A stretch of DNA of 63,890 nt, filler included, from Reclinomonas americana ATCC 50394 (Eukaryota), in assembly GCA_048213135.1 (NCBI GenBank). It is 9 parts of 2 records of this genome, joined end to end, with 100 filler letters (N's around TTAATTAATTAA, not from the genome) between each part and the next. Parts side by side here need not be neighbours in the genome. Positions count along the whole stretch, not along the records: positions 46,506 to 54,307 come from PS015505.1; positions 54,408 to 56,469 come from PS015505.1; positions 56,570 to 62,508 come from PS015505.1; positions 62,609 to 63,890 come from PS015558.1; 5 more parts are not named here. The stretch is one strand, 5' to 3'. Of this stretch, positions 52,801 to 63,890 are shown one piece after another. The notes under the pieces were generated by a model. It saw only the letters and a program-made list of their open reading frames with translations, was not told the DNA's origin and did not search any database. A program made the position numbers and the translations under genes. Numbering within the stretch: position 1 is the stretch's first letter; each line of letters starts with the position of its first letter.

Positions 52801-53659
52801 GTGTGTGTGTGTGTGCTCTTACTCTTCAACCATGGCACTCAACCCTTGTGTGCACTCGCAGCTGGGTTCATCGCACCCGGAGACGCTGGCCACGCTGCGA
52901 CAACTGGGCGTCACTCTGCGCGACATGCAGCGATGGGACGAGAGCCTGCAGCTGTTGCAGCAATGCGTGGAGCGATGGGAGCGTGTGCACAATGGCAACA
53001 AGGCGCACCCGACGGTGCAAGCCGCCAAGCGCGACATGGCGTCTGCACTGGCCGCCCGTCGTGAAGCTCTGCCACCACCGGCGCCGAGGCCCAACAGTGC
53101 AGCGGCTGCCCCTGCCAAGGACACGCGAGCCCGAACACCGACATCAGCCATCGCCCCTGCTGTGCCCTCTGACAAGGACGTTGTGCGGACCGCCATTGCA
53201 ACGACGACGACCACGACCACGACGACGACTGCGATGACACCATCGACGGCGGCACAACGTGCCGAGCAAATGCGCGATCACCTGGAGGCGGAGATCAAGA
53301 GGCTGAGCGATGTGCTGACCGCCGGCTGCGAGTTTGGCACGGAGGTGCGTTTCTGTGAGCACCAGACAAGCGTGTTGCAGGTACTTACCTCTGTGTTTTT
53401 TTCTGCGCAGGCCAAGACGCACTACAAAAAGGCACGCGCGCTCTTTTGCCTGGATCGCATCGAGGAGAGCGAGGAGGAGTGCGTCACTTCGCTGCAGTGC
53501 GACGATGTGGTACGTCGTAGCGTGTATTCCATCGCCATGCCGGAAACTCACCGACGTACATCGCCACAGACGCAGTCCACCGTACGCCTCATCGAGCAAC
53601 TGCGCCATCGCATCCAGCGACGTCGCGAGGAGCTCACGGTGCTGACGGTCGAGATCTAA
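46858..53659 (+). CDS. NLR-like STAND P-loop NTPase (NB-ARC-like) with C-terminal TPRs and acidic/TM N-terminus
   Basis: Walker A GAPGSGKT, Walker B TVVLDNV, sensor-1 IVTTR. TPRs of the kinesin-light-chain type (LGPLHRSTL, LGAENPDTL, LGPNHPDTLATMSNLG, LGSSHPETL). I traced continuous splicing from the ATG to the P-loop. Confidence 0.75.
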
Positions 53660-53817
53660 CCAAGCCTCATTTCATTGTTTATTTTACCCTTTTTCTCCTC
53701 CTCTCTGTATCTCCACTTTGCACGTGCGCCGCAGTGTGCCAGAGGCCACTTGATCCCGAAAAAAAATAAACACCAGACCATTCGCAAACAGGACCGCACA
53801 TTGCAGCGACAGACAGA

Positions 53818-54307
53818 ATGGTGCGCTGGCGACACTCATCTCCTCGCCCTTTTTGCTGCTCACACAACAGCTCACACTACGTGTGTGTGCATTCTCTCCG
53901 TCTATCTGCAGGAACTGTCACGTGTGGTGCCGACCTCGCACGAGGAAATCATCCACGATGTGGCGTACGACCACTACGGGCGTCGCATGGCGGTGTGCTC
54001 GTCGGACCTCAGCATCAGTGTGTTTGACTGTCAACCCGACGGAGAGTGGGTGCAGACGTACAAGTGGAAGGTCGGTGTGCATGCGCATGAAAGAAAAAGG
54101 AATGTGACATGAACCCTCATGCATGCATGCATGCACGCGCAGGCACACATGCGCAGCACATTCAAAGTGTGCTGGGCGTACCCAGAGTACGGCCAGATCA
54201 TTGCATCGTGCTCACATGATCGACATGTGCACATTTGGGAGGAACCAGGTGGAATGCATCTCCCCTTTCTCGCTCTCTCACTCACTGCTCACTGTGTGTG
54301 CTCGTGT
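53818..54307 (+). CDS. SEH1: Nucleoporin/GATOR2 subunit SEH1, 3' partial
   Basis: M|ELSRVVPTSHEEIIHDVAYDHYGRRMAVCSSDLSISVFD..WK|AHMRSTFKVCWAYPEYGQIIASCSHDRHVHIWEE. Confidence 0.85.
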
Positions 54308-54407
54308 NNNNNNNNNNNNNNNNNNNNNNNNNNNNNNNNNNNNNNNNNNNNTTAATTAATTAANNNNNNNNNNNNNNNNNNNNNNNNNNNNNNNNNNNNN
54401 NNNNNNN

Positions 54408-56469
54408 TCCGCAACCCAGTGTGGTCGACGTGGAGCCGAGAGTTGGCCCCACCACCGGCGGCACACCTGTGATTGTGACCGGTGCTGGATTCTCCCGCTT
54501 GTACAATACTACGTGTCGATTTGGTGACACCCAAGTGCCAGCTTCGGTGCTCACGAACTCCAGCGTTGTGTGCGTGAGTCCTCCACATGCGGCGGGTGTG
54601 ATTTCTGTTGAAATCAGTGAGGATGGTCGCGCGTTTTCCAACAATCGAACGACATTTATGTACGTTCCGTGCCCGCCTGGGCACTTGTGTCATCGTGGTC
54701 GGATTGAGCCGTGTGGTGTGGGCTCGTACGCAGCAAATGTTGAGATTGCTGCGCTGCCGCACAACTATGATCAGCTGAACTGTACTCTGTGTCCGCCTGG
54801 GACGTATCAGCCGTGGCGTGGACAGACATCCTGCTGGCCGTGCCCCGTCGGATCTGTGTGTCCGTATTCTGGCATGGCTGCTCCAGTGACGTGTCCGCCA
54901 GGTGCCATCTGCAAATACATTGGTCTCGCGCTGTCGAACCAAATGTGCATCTCTGGGTATTACTGCCTGGCAGGCACCTTCACCACGTTGCCGAATGCGA
55001 CGGTGGCAGAACGTCCGTACCAGTGCCCTGTGGGTACCTACTGCCCTGGCGGAGCGCGGCAAAATGCGACCGTCGTGCTGGACTTTAGCACACCGCAGCC
55101 GTGCTTCGGTGGCTACAATTGCCTTGCGGGTTCAGCCTCTCCGTTCGGCAAGGAAGCGTGTACCCCGGGTTCATTCTGCCCTTCGTCGTCTGCTGGCACT
55201 TTCAGGCAGCCGTGTCCACCCGGCTCGATGTGTCCGGATTCTGGCATGGTCACTCCGACCCAATGTCGGCCGGGTACCTACCAGGATCTGTACGGCAAGT
55301 CGACATGCAACAAGTGTCCGTTCGGTTTCATCTGCGCTGGCTTTGGCAGCGCGAAACCACAGCTGTGCCCCGCGGGATACGTGTGCGATCAGTCGGGCAT
55401 TCGATTTGCTCTGAAGCGCTGCCCTGTTGGTCACTATTGTCGCCGAGGCACCACAACTAGCAATCCGCTGGACACCACTGTTCGCGTCCGTCCTACTCCC
55501 TGCCTGGGTGGCTCGTATTGTTTGGATGGTGTCGGTAGCTCTCTGGCGGTGGAGAATGATTTCCGCTACGCGCAGCCGTGTTCTGCTGGCACGTTCTGCT
55601 TGGGTGGCAGCTCTACCACCTTGGGCTCTGGTTTGTGTCCCACCGGTCATTACTGCCCGAGTGGCACATTCAACCCCATACCGGCACCCAAGGGCACCTT
55701 TGTGCGCGTCCAAGGTGAAACCTCTCCGCGACTCTGCGCCGCTGGCACATACGCTGATTCTGTCGGAACCGTGGATTGCAAGCCGTGTCCTTCAGGCCAC
55801 ACGTGCGAGATGGAGGGTACCATTTCACCCGTACTCTGCGATGCTGGATATTACCGTTCAATCAACGACACCTCCATTTCGTGCATCCCGTGCCCGCAGG
55901 GCACATATTCGGATGTTCGTGGCATTGTGCACGTAACGGACTGCAAGGACTGTCCAGCTGGTCGCGTGTGCGGTCACGAGGGCATTCCGAGTGTGGCGGC
56001 GACCTCGCCTTGTCCTGCTGGATATGTGTGCGATAAGCGGACCACTTTGGGTCACATGTTTGATGTGCAGTGCCCTGCCGGTTACATTTGTGATGATGGC
56101 ACTTCGCCGTCGACGCGATTCAAGCATCTGTGCGATCCAGGCTACTACTGCCCGAAGGGCACCTCATCTCTCACGGCGTCGTCGTTTACCTGCGAACGCA
56201 ACTACTACTGCGAGCGCGGCACATCGGAGCGTTTCCCATCGGACACCAGATGTCCGACGGGTACCAGCTCGCGACCAGGTAGCAAGACTATTGATGACTG
56301 CCAGATTGACTACGACTACATTGAGCGCACGTGTGGCTACATTGTCAGCGTGGACCCGATTGCGCGCGACCGCATCGATTCGGGTATTGAGTGGGAACTT
56401 ACGTCGAGCGGCAACCTCACGGTGTTCACCTTGCCGGCCACGTACACGGCAGTGTTGCATTTCAACTTT
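54408..56469 (+). CDS. Internal fragment of a large extracellular protein: IPT/TIG domain plus many GCC2/GCC3-like (ephrin-receptor-like) Cys-rich repeats
   Basis: Open throughout the contig. VEPRVGPTTGGTPVIVTGAGF..CRFG..CVSPPH (IPT), then repeated CPxGxYC units. Confidence 0.85.
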
Positions 56470-57097
56470 NNNNNNNNNNNNNNNNNNNNNNNNNNNNNNN
56501 NNNNNNNNNNNNNTTAATTAATTAANNNNNNNNNNNNNNNNNNNNNNNNNNNNNNNNNNNNNNNNNNNNGGTACGAACGAGAGAGAGAGAGAGAGAGAGA
56601 GAGGGGGGAGGGAGAGAGGTAGAGAGACAGGGAAAGGATGGGAAGATTGAATAGAAGGGAGAGGAATTGAGAGAGAAGAGGAGAGGGGAGAGAATCAGAA
56701 TAGATCTCGCGCCACCTGTTGCGATTGTTTAGTGATGCGCACACTCACGCAAATCACGCCAGTTGCGCTTGTTGTCACATGTCATGAATAGAATATATAA
56801 CATGGGAGAAGAAGGAGGAAGAGAGAAGGAGGAAGCGAGAAGAGACAAAGGAAGAGAGAAGAGAAAAGTGACGAAGAGAGAAGCAGACAGAAGGGAGAGC
56901 GATGGCTGAGATAGAGAAACAGACGGACAGAAGAGCGTGTTTGTGATACAAAAAAGAGCCTGTCGAGCAGTCATATGCGTATGCTGAATGGTTCTGCACC
57001 GTGTGGCGAAAGCGAGGAAGAGAGAAGAGAAAACTGACGAAGAGAGAAGGAGATGTGAGCGAGAGCGATGGTGAGATAGAGAAACAGACGGACAGAT

Positions 57098-58298
<1,201 letters not shown>

Positions 58299-58448
58299 AC
58301 AGAAAAGAGTATGCCGAGCAGTCATATGCGTATGGTGAATGGTTCTGCACCGTGTAGCAGTTTTTATAAGCGAGAATGTGGAGTGCAATCGTGCTGCTTG
58401 TCAAGTGCAGGTTGATGAAGAGAAGGAGAGATTGGGTATGAACGGAAG

Positions 58449-58860
58449 TCTCTCCTTCTCTCCTCTCCTACTCTTCTCTTCTCTTTCTCCTTCCTCCTTC
58501 TCTCCTCTCCTACTCTTTCTCTTCCCTCTCTTTCCTTCTCTCTCTCATTTTTCCTTCTCTCTTTCTCCTTCTCCCACTCTCTTTCCTTCCCACTCTCTTT
58601 CCTTGTCTCTCTCCTTCTCTCCTTCCTTCTCTCTCTCTTTTCCCTCTCTCTTTCCGTCCCTCTCTCTTTCCTTCCCTCTCTCTCTCTCCTTCTCTCTCTC
58701 TCCTTCTCTCTCTTTCCTTCCTCTCTCTTTCCTTCCCTCTCTCTTTCCTTCCCACTCTCTTTCCTTTTTCCTTCTCTCTGTCTCCTTCTCTCCCTCTCTC
58801 CCTTCTCCTTCCCCCCTCCCTTTTCCTCACTCTCCCTTTCCCCTTCTCCCTCCTCCCATT
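58449..58860. repeat. Polypyrimidine (C/T) low-complexity intronic tract; a similar tract lies at 60470-60630
   Basis: Almost exclusively C and T over about 400 bp. Confidence 0.9.
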
Positions 58861-58878
58861 GCTCATCTCTTGTCACAG

Positions 58879-61800
58879 TGCGAAGTCGGCAACGCACCCT
58901 TCTTCCGTCGGTTTCTCGCCGCGCTGTTTGGACGCAACCGGCTGCACATTTTTCGCAGTGCAAATGCGTTTCTCACCCTCGGCACCGTCACCTCGCTGTG
59001 CATGGTCGACAAGGAAGGCATTCTGACAGATGTGCGTGTGGGATTTCTCCTGCAAGTCGCAATCCCTATTGGTCGCTCATTTTTTTGTGCCTATTCTGCA
59101 GCACTATCCGGTGCCGGAAAAGGTCTATATGCTACACGAGAGTGACGATGAGGAGGGCGATGAAGACGACGAGGAGTACGAGGAGGCGGAAGAGGTGACG
59201 GTGGAGGTCGCTGAGCAAGAGGGCCCACCCGACGGAGGCGAGGTGGAGGGAGAGGGCGAGTATGAAGAGGGCGAATACGAGGAGGGCGAGTATGAGGAAG
59301 ATGAGGAAGAGGAGGATGAGGAAGAGGAAGGAGAAACGACAGAGGAGGAAGGCGGCGGCGGCGGCGGCGGCGGTGAAAAGGTCGTTGCCGCCACTGCTGC
59401 AGCAACTGTCGCCGCCGCCGGTGTCGATGACGAGGATGACGCGCGTGCACCCACCGACATCTCCATTGAGATGGACGAGGCGCCGGATGTGGAGAACGCC
59501 GGTGTTGCTGCTGGCGGTGTTGCTGACGACGAGGATGATGAGCACCGATATGCCGACGATGACGGGACTCTGCAGTCGGCACCCCCGCGTGAACACGGTG
59601 CGCTCTGGATGCCATTTCTCTCTCTCTCTCTCCTCTTGTCGTCTCAATGTTTTTCATGCATCGACAGACGGCGAGCTGGAGCCATCCGGAGGTGGACCGA
59701 GTCTGCCGAGTTGCGTCCATGTTGAACATCGCAGGCAGATGTTCTTGTGGTGCTCACGAATCGCGCAGCATGGGGCGGCAAGGCACGTNNNNNNNNNNNN
59801 NNNNNNNNNNNNNNNNNNNNNNNNNNNNNNNNNNNNNNNNNNNNNNNNNNNNNNNNNNNNNNNNNNNNNNNNNNNNNNNNNNNNNNNNNNNNNNNNNNNN
59901 NNNNNNNNNNNNNNNNNNNNNNNNNNNNNNNNNNNNNNNNNNNNNNNNNNNNNNNNNNNNNNNNNNNNNNNNNNNNNNNNNNNNNNNNNNNNNNNNNNNN
60001 NNNNNNNNNNNNNNNNNNNNNNNNNNNNNNNNNNNNNNNNNNNNNNNNNNNNNNNNNNNNNNNNNNNNNNNNNNNNNNNNNNNNNNNNNNNNNNNNNNNN
60101 NNNNNNNNNNNNNNNNNNNNNNNNNNNNNNNNNNNNNNNNNNNNNNNNNNNNNNNNNNNNNNNNNNNNNNNNNNNNNNNNNNNNNNNNNNNNNNNNNNNN
60201 NNNNNNNNNNNNNNNNNNNNNNNNNNNNNNNNNNNNNNNNNNNNNNNNNNNNNNNNNNNNNNNNNNNNNNNNNNNNNNNNNNNNNNNNNNNNNNNNNNNN
60301 NNNNNNNNNNNNNNNNNNNNNNNNNNNNNNNNNNNNNNNNNNNNNNNNNNNNNNNNNNNNNNNNNNNNNNNNNNNNNNNNNNNNNNNNNNNNNNNNNNNN
60401 NNNNNNNNNNNNNNNNNNNNNNNNNNNNNNNNNNNNNNNNNNNNNNNNNNNNNNNNNNNNNNNNNNNNNTTCCCCTCCCTTCCCTCCTCCCTTCCTCTCC
60501 CTCCTCCCTTCCCTCCCTTCCTCCCTTCCCTCCCTTCCCCTCCCTTCCCTCCCTTCCCCTCCCTTCCCCTCCCTTCCCCTCCTTTCCCCTCCCTTTCCCT
60601 CCCTTTCCCTTCCTCCCCTCCCTCTCACACTTTTTGTGTCTCCCAGATTACTGAAGCCTCTCGGCCTTAACTGCATCCTCAACTCGCTGTGGACACTGGA
60701 GAATCCCACATCGGAGCTGACGGATCCGCAGGAGTCCATGACTGTGACGTGGGGCCGTTGCGTGGCGGAATGTGATGTTTTCATGCCACCGCCGTTGCTT
60801 TACTCACAACCGTGGTGTCGCCGCAGGATATCTGTCGCTTCTGGGCCGCGAGATTGGATTCACCGAGGAGGTGCTGAACATGTACCCGTTGCAGCGCAAG
60901 GTGCACATGTTTGCGTTTCCCAAGGTCTGTGCTCCATCCTCCATTGTGACTGGCGGTGACGGCGAGTTGACAATACTTCGGTGCAGGAACACGTCCAACA
61001 GCGTCGCACCTCGTCTGTGCGGAAGCGCATGCACATCATGAGCCTGGTGGTGCGCGATCCTCTCGGCGGCTACCAACTCATGTCGCAGGGATCACCCGGC
61101 ATTCTACTCGATTACTGCACTCGTGCGTTGTTGTTATTCCCCTCTTGTGTAGCTCAAGCGCGTGCACTGACCACTGATTGCGGCAGAGTACTGGGACGGA
61201 TCGGATCTGAGAGAGCTGACGCCCGATGATCTCGACGAGCTGCTTGACGTGTACACGCGCTGGGTGGACCAGGGCGACTACATTTGTGTGGCATTCGCGT
61301 TGCGTAGAGTCACACAGTCGCAGGTCGGTGCTGATCTGCTGACTCGAACACACAGCTACAAGCCGCTCGTCAACGACGCGTCGGGCTCGCTGTCGCGCAA
61401 CGTGGAGAGCGGCACCGATGCGGAGATTCGTTTCGACGATTTCGGCAGTCCGCCAACGCCGCTCACTGGTCCGTCGGCGAACGCCTCGGCCAACGCGTCC
61501 GCATCGGGAACCGGCTTTGCGCCATTTGCTACGGCGGCGGCCGACGACGCCTCGGAGCCTGTATCATCGACGGCGACCGAGTCGATGGAAGGTGTGCATG
61601 TTTTTCATCTTCCCAGTGAGCGCCGCGTCCGTTGTCTCATGCGCTGGCAGTTTCACGCATGCGGGCGCCGGAGCGCTTCTGGCGCACCCTGCAGCGTGAT
61701 CAGATCTTTATTGGGTGCGGGGACTGTGGTTTTTCGTGGCCTCACGTGGTGTTTCTGCTGACTCTTTGTTTCTGCGCACAGCATGATTGCGATGCGCAAG

Positions 61801-62508
61801 CACCCAAAGGCGCGACTCCGCAAGTTCATCGAGGACATGGACAGCGCTGGTGAGAGACAAAGAGACAGAGATCACGTAGAGGAGCCTGCGCTCACTGCAT
61901 GACGTGCAGGAATACGCTTCACCTACTTTAGCAACGCCAACGAACGACAGACACGCGCATTTGCCTCGCGGCTCGGTCTGGAGACAGGCTGGAACTGCAT
62001 CATTTCACTGCGCGAGGAGGACAATGCGTACGAAGATCACGACTTGAAGGTGTGATGCATGCGCCTGCGTTGTTTGACCCTGCTGGAAACTCACTCCCGA
62101 CGCACAGGCCCGACTGCCACGCGGTATTCCGGCCATCCGCGAACACATTGTCCACACCGACAATGTGCCACTGCTGGTCTCGCTCTTCTCCAACGCCACC
62201 GCCGACACCTCGGAGGAGATGGTTTGTGTGCAATCAATAGGGAGTGAAATCCTTTCCTATCTCACTCACCCATTTCCCCGCAGATCTCAGTGCTGCAAGA
62301 GAACTGCGAGGTGGTGTGCTGCGTCGGCTCCTCGCTGAACTGGACCAATTGCGGTGCCTTTACGCAAGCCGACGTCTCCATTGCCATTGATCCGTCCGTG
62401 TCGGTGCAGGAGGTGAGTTCTCTCCTCTTGCATCACACTTTCTCTCGGAAAGAGTCTCACCATGCAAACAGCGATCATTGGTGCAATTCACACCGATTGC
62501 TCGCATTG
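58879..62508 (+). CDS. TMEM94: TMEM94/ERMA (P-type ATPase-like membrane protein), partial
   Basis: LGTVTSLCMVDKEGIL, PEKV, LKPLGLNCILN, LGREIGF, YQLMSQG..LLDYC.QYWDG, AFAYKP, QIFIGM, GIRFTYFS, LGLETGWNCIISL, ARLPRGI..DNVPLLVSLF, QENCEVVCCVGSSLN, ADVSIAIDP. Confidence 0.92.
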
Positions 62509-62608
62509 NNNNNNNNNNNNNNNNNNNNNNNNNNNNNNNNNNNNNNNNNNNNTTAATTAATTAANNNNNNNNNNNNNNNNNNNNNNNNNNNNNNNNNNNN
62601 NNNNNNNN

Positions 62609-63890
62609 TATGTTGAGCGGCAGCTCAAACACTTGCGGCTCGCCGGCGCGGAACTCGATCGAAACGACCGTCGATCCGCGCGGCTCCAGCACACCCTCGT
62701 GAGGCGTGATGGAGAATTCCACCGGCAGCTCGGTGGCCCGCTGCAACTTCCAGCGCACAGCAATGTCGGAGGTGCTCTGCAGCGTAAACGTCTTGGTCTC
62801 ACGGAAGAGACGCATGAGGCGGCCAAAGTGCAGCTGATTGACGTCCACTTGCACCGACGGCGTAGCGCCAATGCACGAGATGGGGAAGCGATACACCGTT
62901 GGGTTGTCCTCCACCACGGCCACCAGTGCGTTCTACAAGCACACACAGCGACACAAGGTTGAGTAAGTGAGATCAACAACATCGTGCAATATAATAGGCT
63001 GAGCACTGACCTCCATCAAGCGAGCCTCACGTGGGTACGCGCGCACGAGGACGTCCTGCGTCTCGTCGACGCCCAAATCAAGAGCCGGCGGCCACACCGT
63101 AAACGTGGACTTGACACCCGGCACCGCCGGCTGCTCAAAGTCGAACATGACATGGCACGGGAACAGTCCGTTGTTGGTGACACGGAATCGCTCAATGTTT
63201 TGCGAGTGGTGCTGCGGCAGCTCGTTGAGCGGCACGTCGGGGTTCGGCGCGTCCTTGCCAATCAAGAGCGGGCCGAATTCGAAAGCACTCCGGTTGATCA
63301 CATACTTGTGCGACACGTACGACTCGGCTGGCCGTGAGCGGACCTTGGAGTAGAACACGTTGCGGTAGTCGTCGTTGATTTGCGGGTACGCGCACACACC
63401 ACCGCAGACAAGCGGGAACTCCTGCTCGCGGTTGACCAAGCCAAAGCCAAGCACATGGTCGAATGAGCCGGGCTCGCGCGACGCAAACCGAGCACACAAC
63501 TTGATGCTCGACTTGGCCGGAATGACCCACCGCGTCTGGCCCTCACGCAACACGAACGAAGCCTCCGACGGAGCAGACAGCGGATCGGTTTCTGCGACCA
63601 CGTCGTCACCACCCGGCGCACCCTTGGCCGACGAGACCGCAGTGCCCGGTCGGGTACCGCTCGCTGTCTGCGGCGGCGCTGGCAGGGCACTCGGCTGCAA
63701 CGGCTCCGGCGTCAAGATCGAGAAAACGGTCGCTGGTCGACGTGGCAGACGCTCGCGCGGCATCACAATTCGCTGCTGCACCAGAGGCCCTGGAATGACG
63801 GCAACATCCGCGACCAGTTCCTGCACCGGAGAAGAAAAGATGCGTCAGCTTGGATTGCATGCTCGACGGAGAGGGAAAGCAAAACAAACC
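62609..63890 (-). CDS. HYDIN: HYDIN (axonemal central-pair protein), internal fragment
   Basis: TRWVIPAKS, GVCAYPQINDDYRNVF, KYVINRSAFEFGPLLIGK, VRAYP, VEDNP..FPISCIGATP..LHFGRL. ASH-like beta domains. Confidence 0.88.

Noticed and set aside
58339..58963. Ser/Leu/Phe/Pro and Glu/Arg-rich ORFs
   Set aside because: Translations of an intronic CT/GA low-complexity tract.

Overview
GC-rich, intron-dense, very compact eukaryotic DNA from a draft assembly. A HYDIN fragment indicates an organism with motile 9+2 flagella, probably a protist. The window is nine sequence pieces joined by eight artificial 100-bp linkers (44N-TTAATTAATTAA-44N), plus sized N gaps. Most entries in the six-frame ORF track are not genes; the real genes are spliced by GT-AG introns, typically 55-100 nt. 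Manual splicing recovers: a tandem H-type lectin protein, a MEF2-type MADS-box factor, a tandemly duplicated secreted multidomain L-type lectin (the duplication also carries a decayed RanBP9/10 5' fragment), RanBP9/10, an NlpC/P60-domain protein, a long WD40 protein, sulfiredoxin, a large Cbl-EF-hand-like protein, a SIM-rich N-terminus and a RING protein, COQ9, cytochrome b5, an ankyrin protein, an NLR-like STAND-TPR protein, SEH1, an IPT plus Cys-rich repeat protein, TMEM94 and HYDIN. The most unusual signals are in the splicing. About 20 inferred donors share a 1-nt-shifted consensus GTTG(C/A/T)GT, and cytochrome b5 needs two consecutive 4-nt and 6-nt microexons to rebuild its heme-binding loop. 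All gene models are manual inferences without RNA evidence, and family calls come from motif recognition, not database searches.
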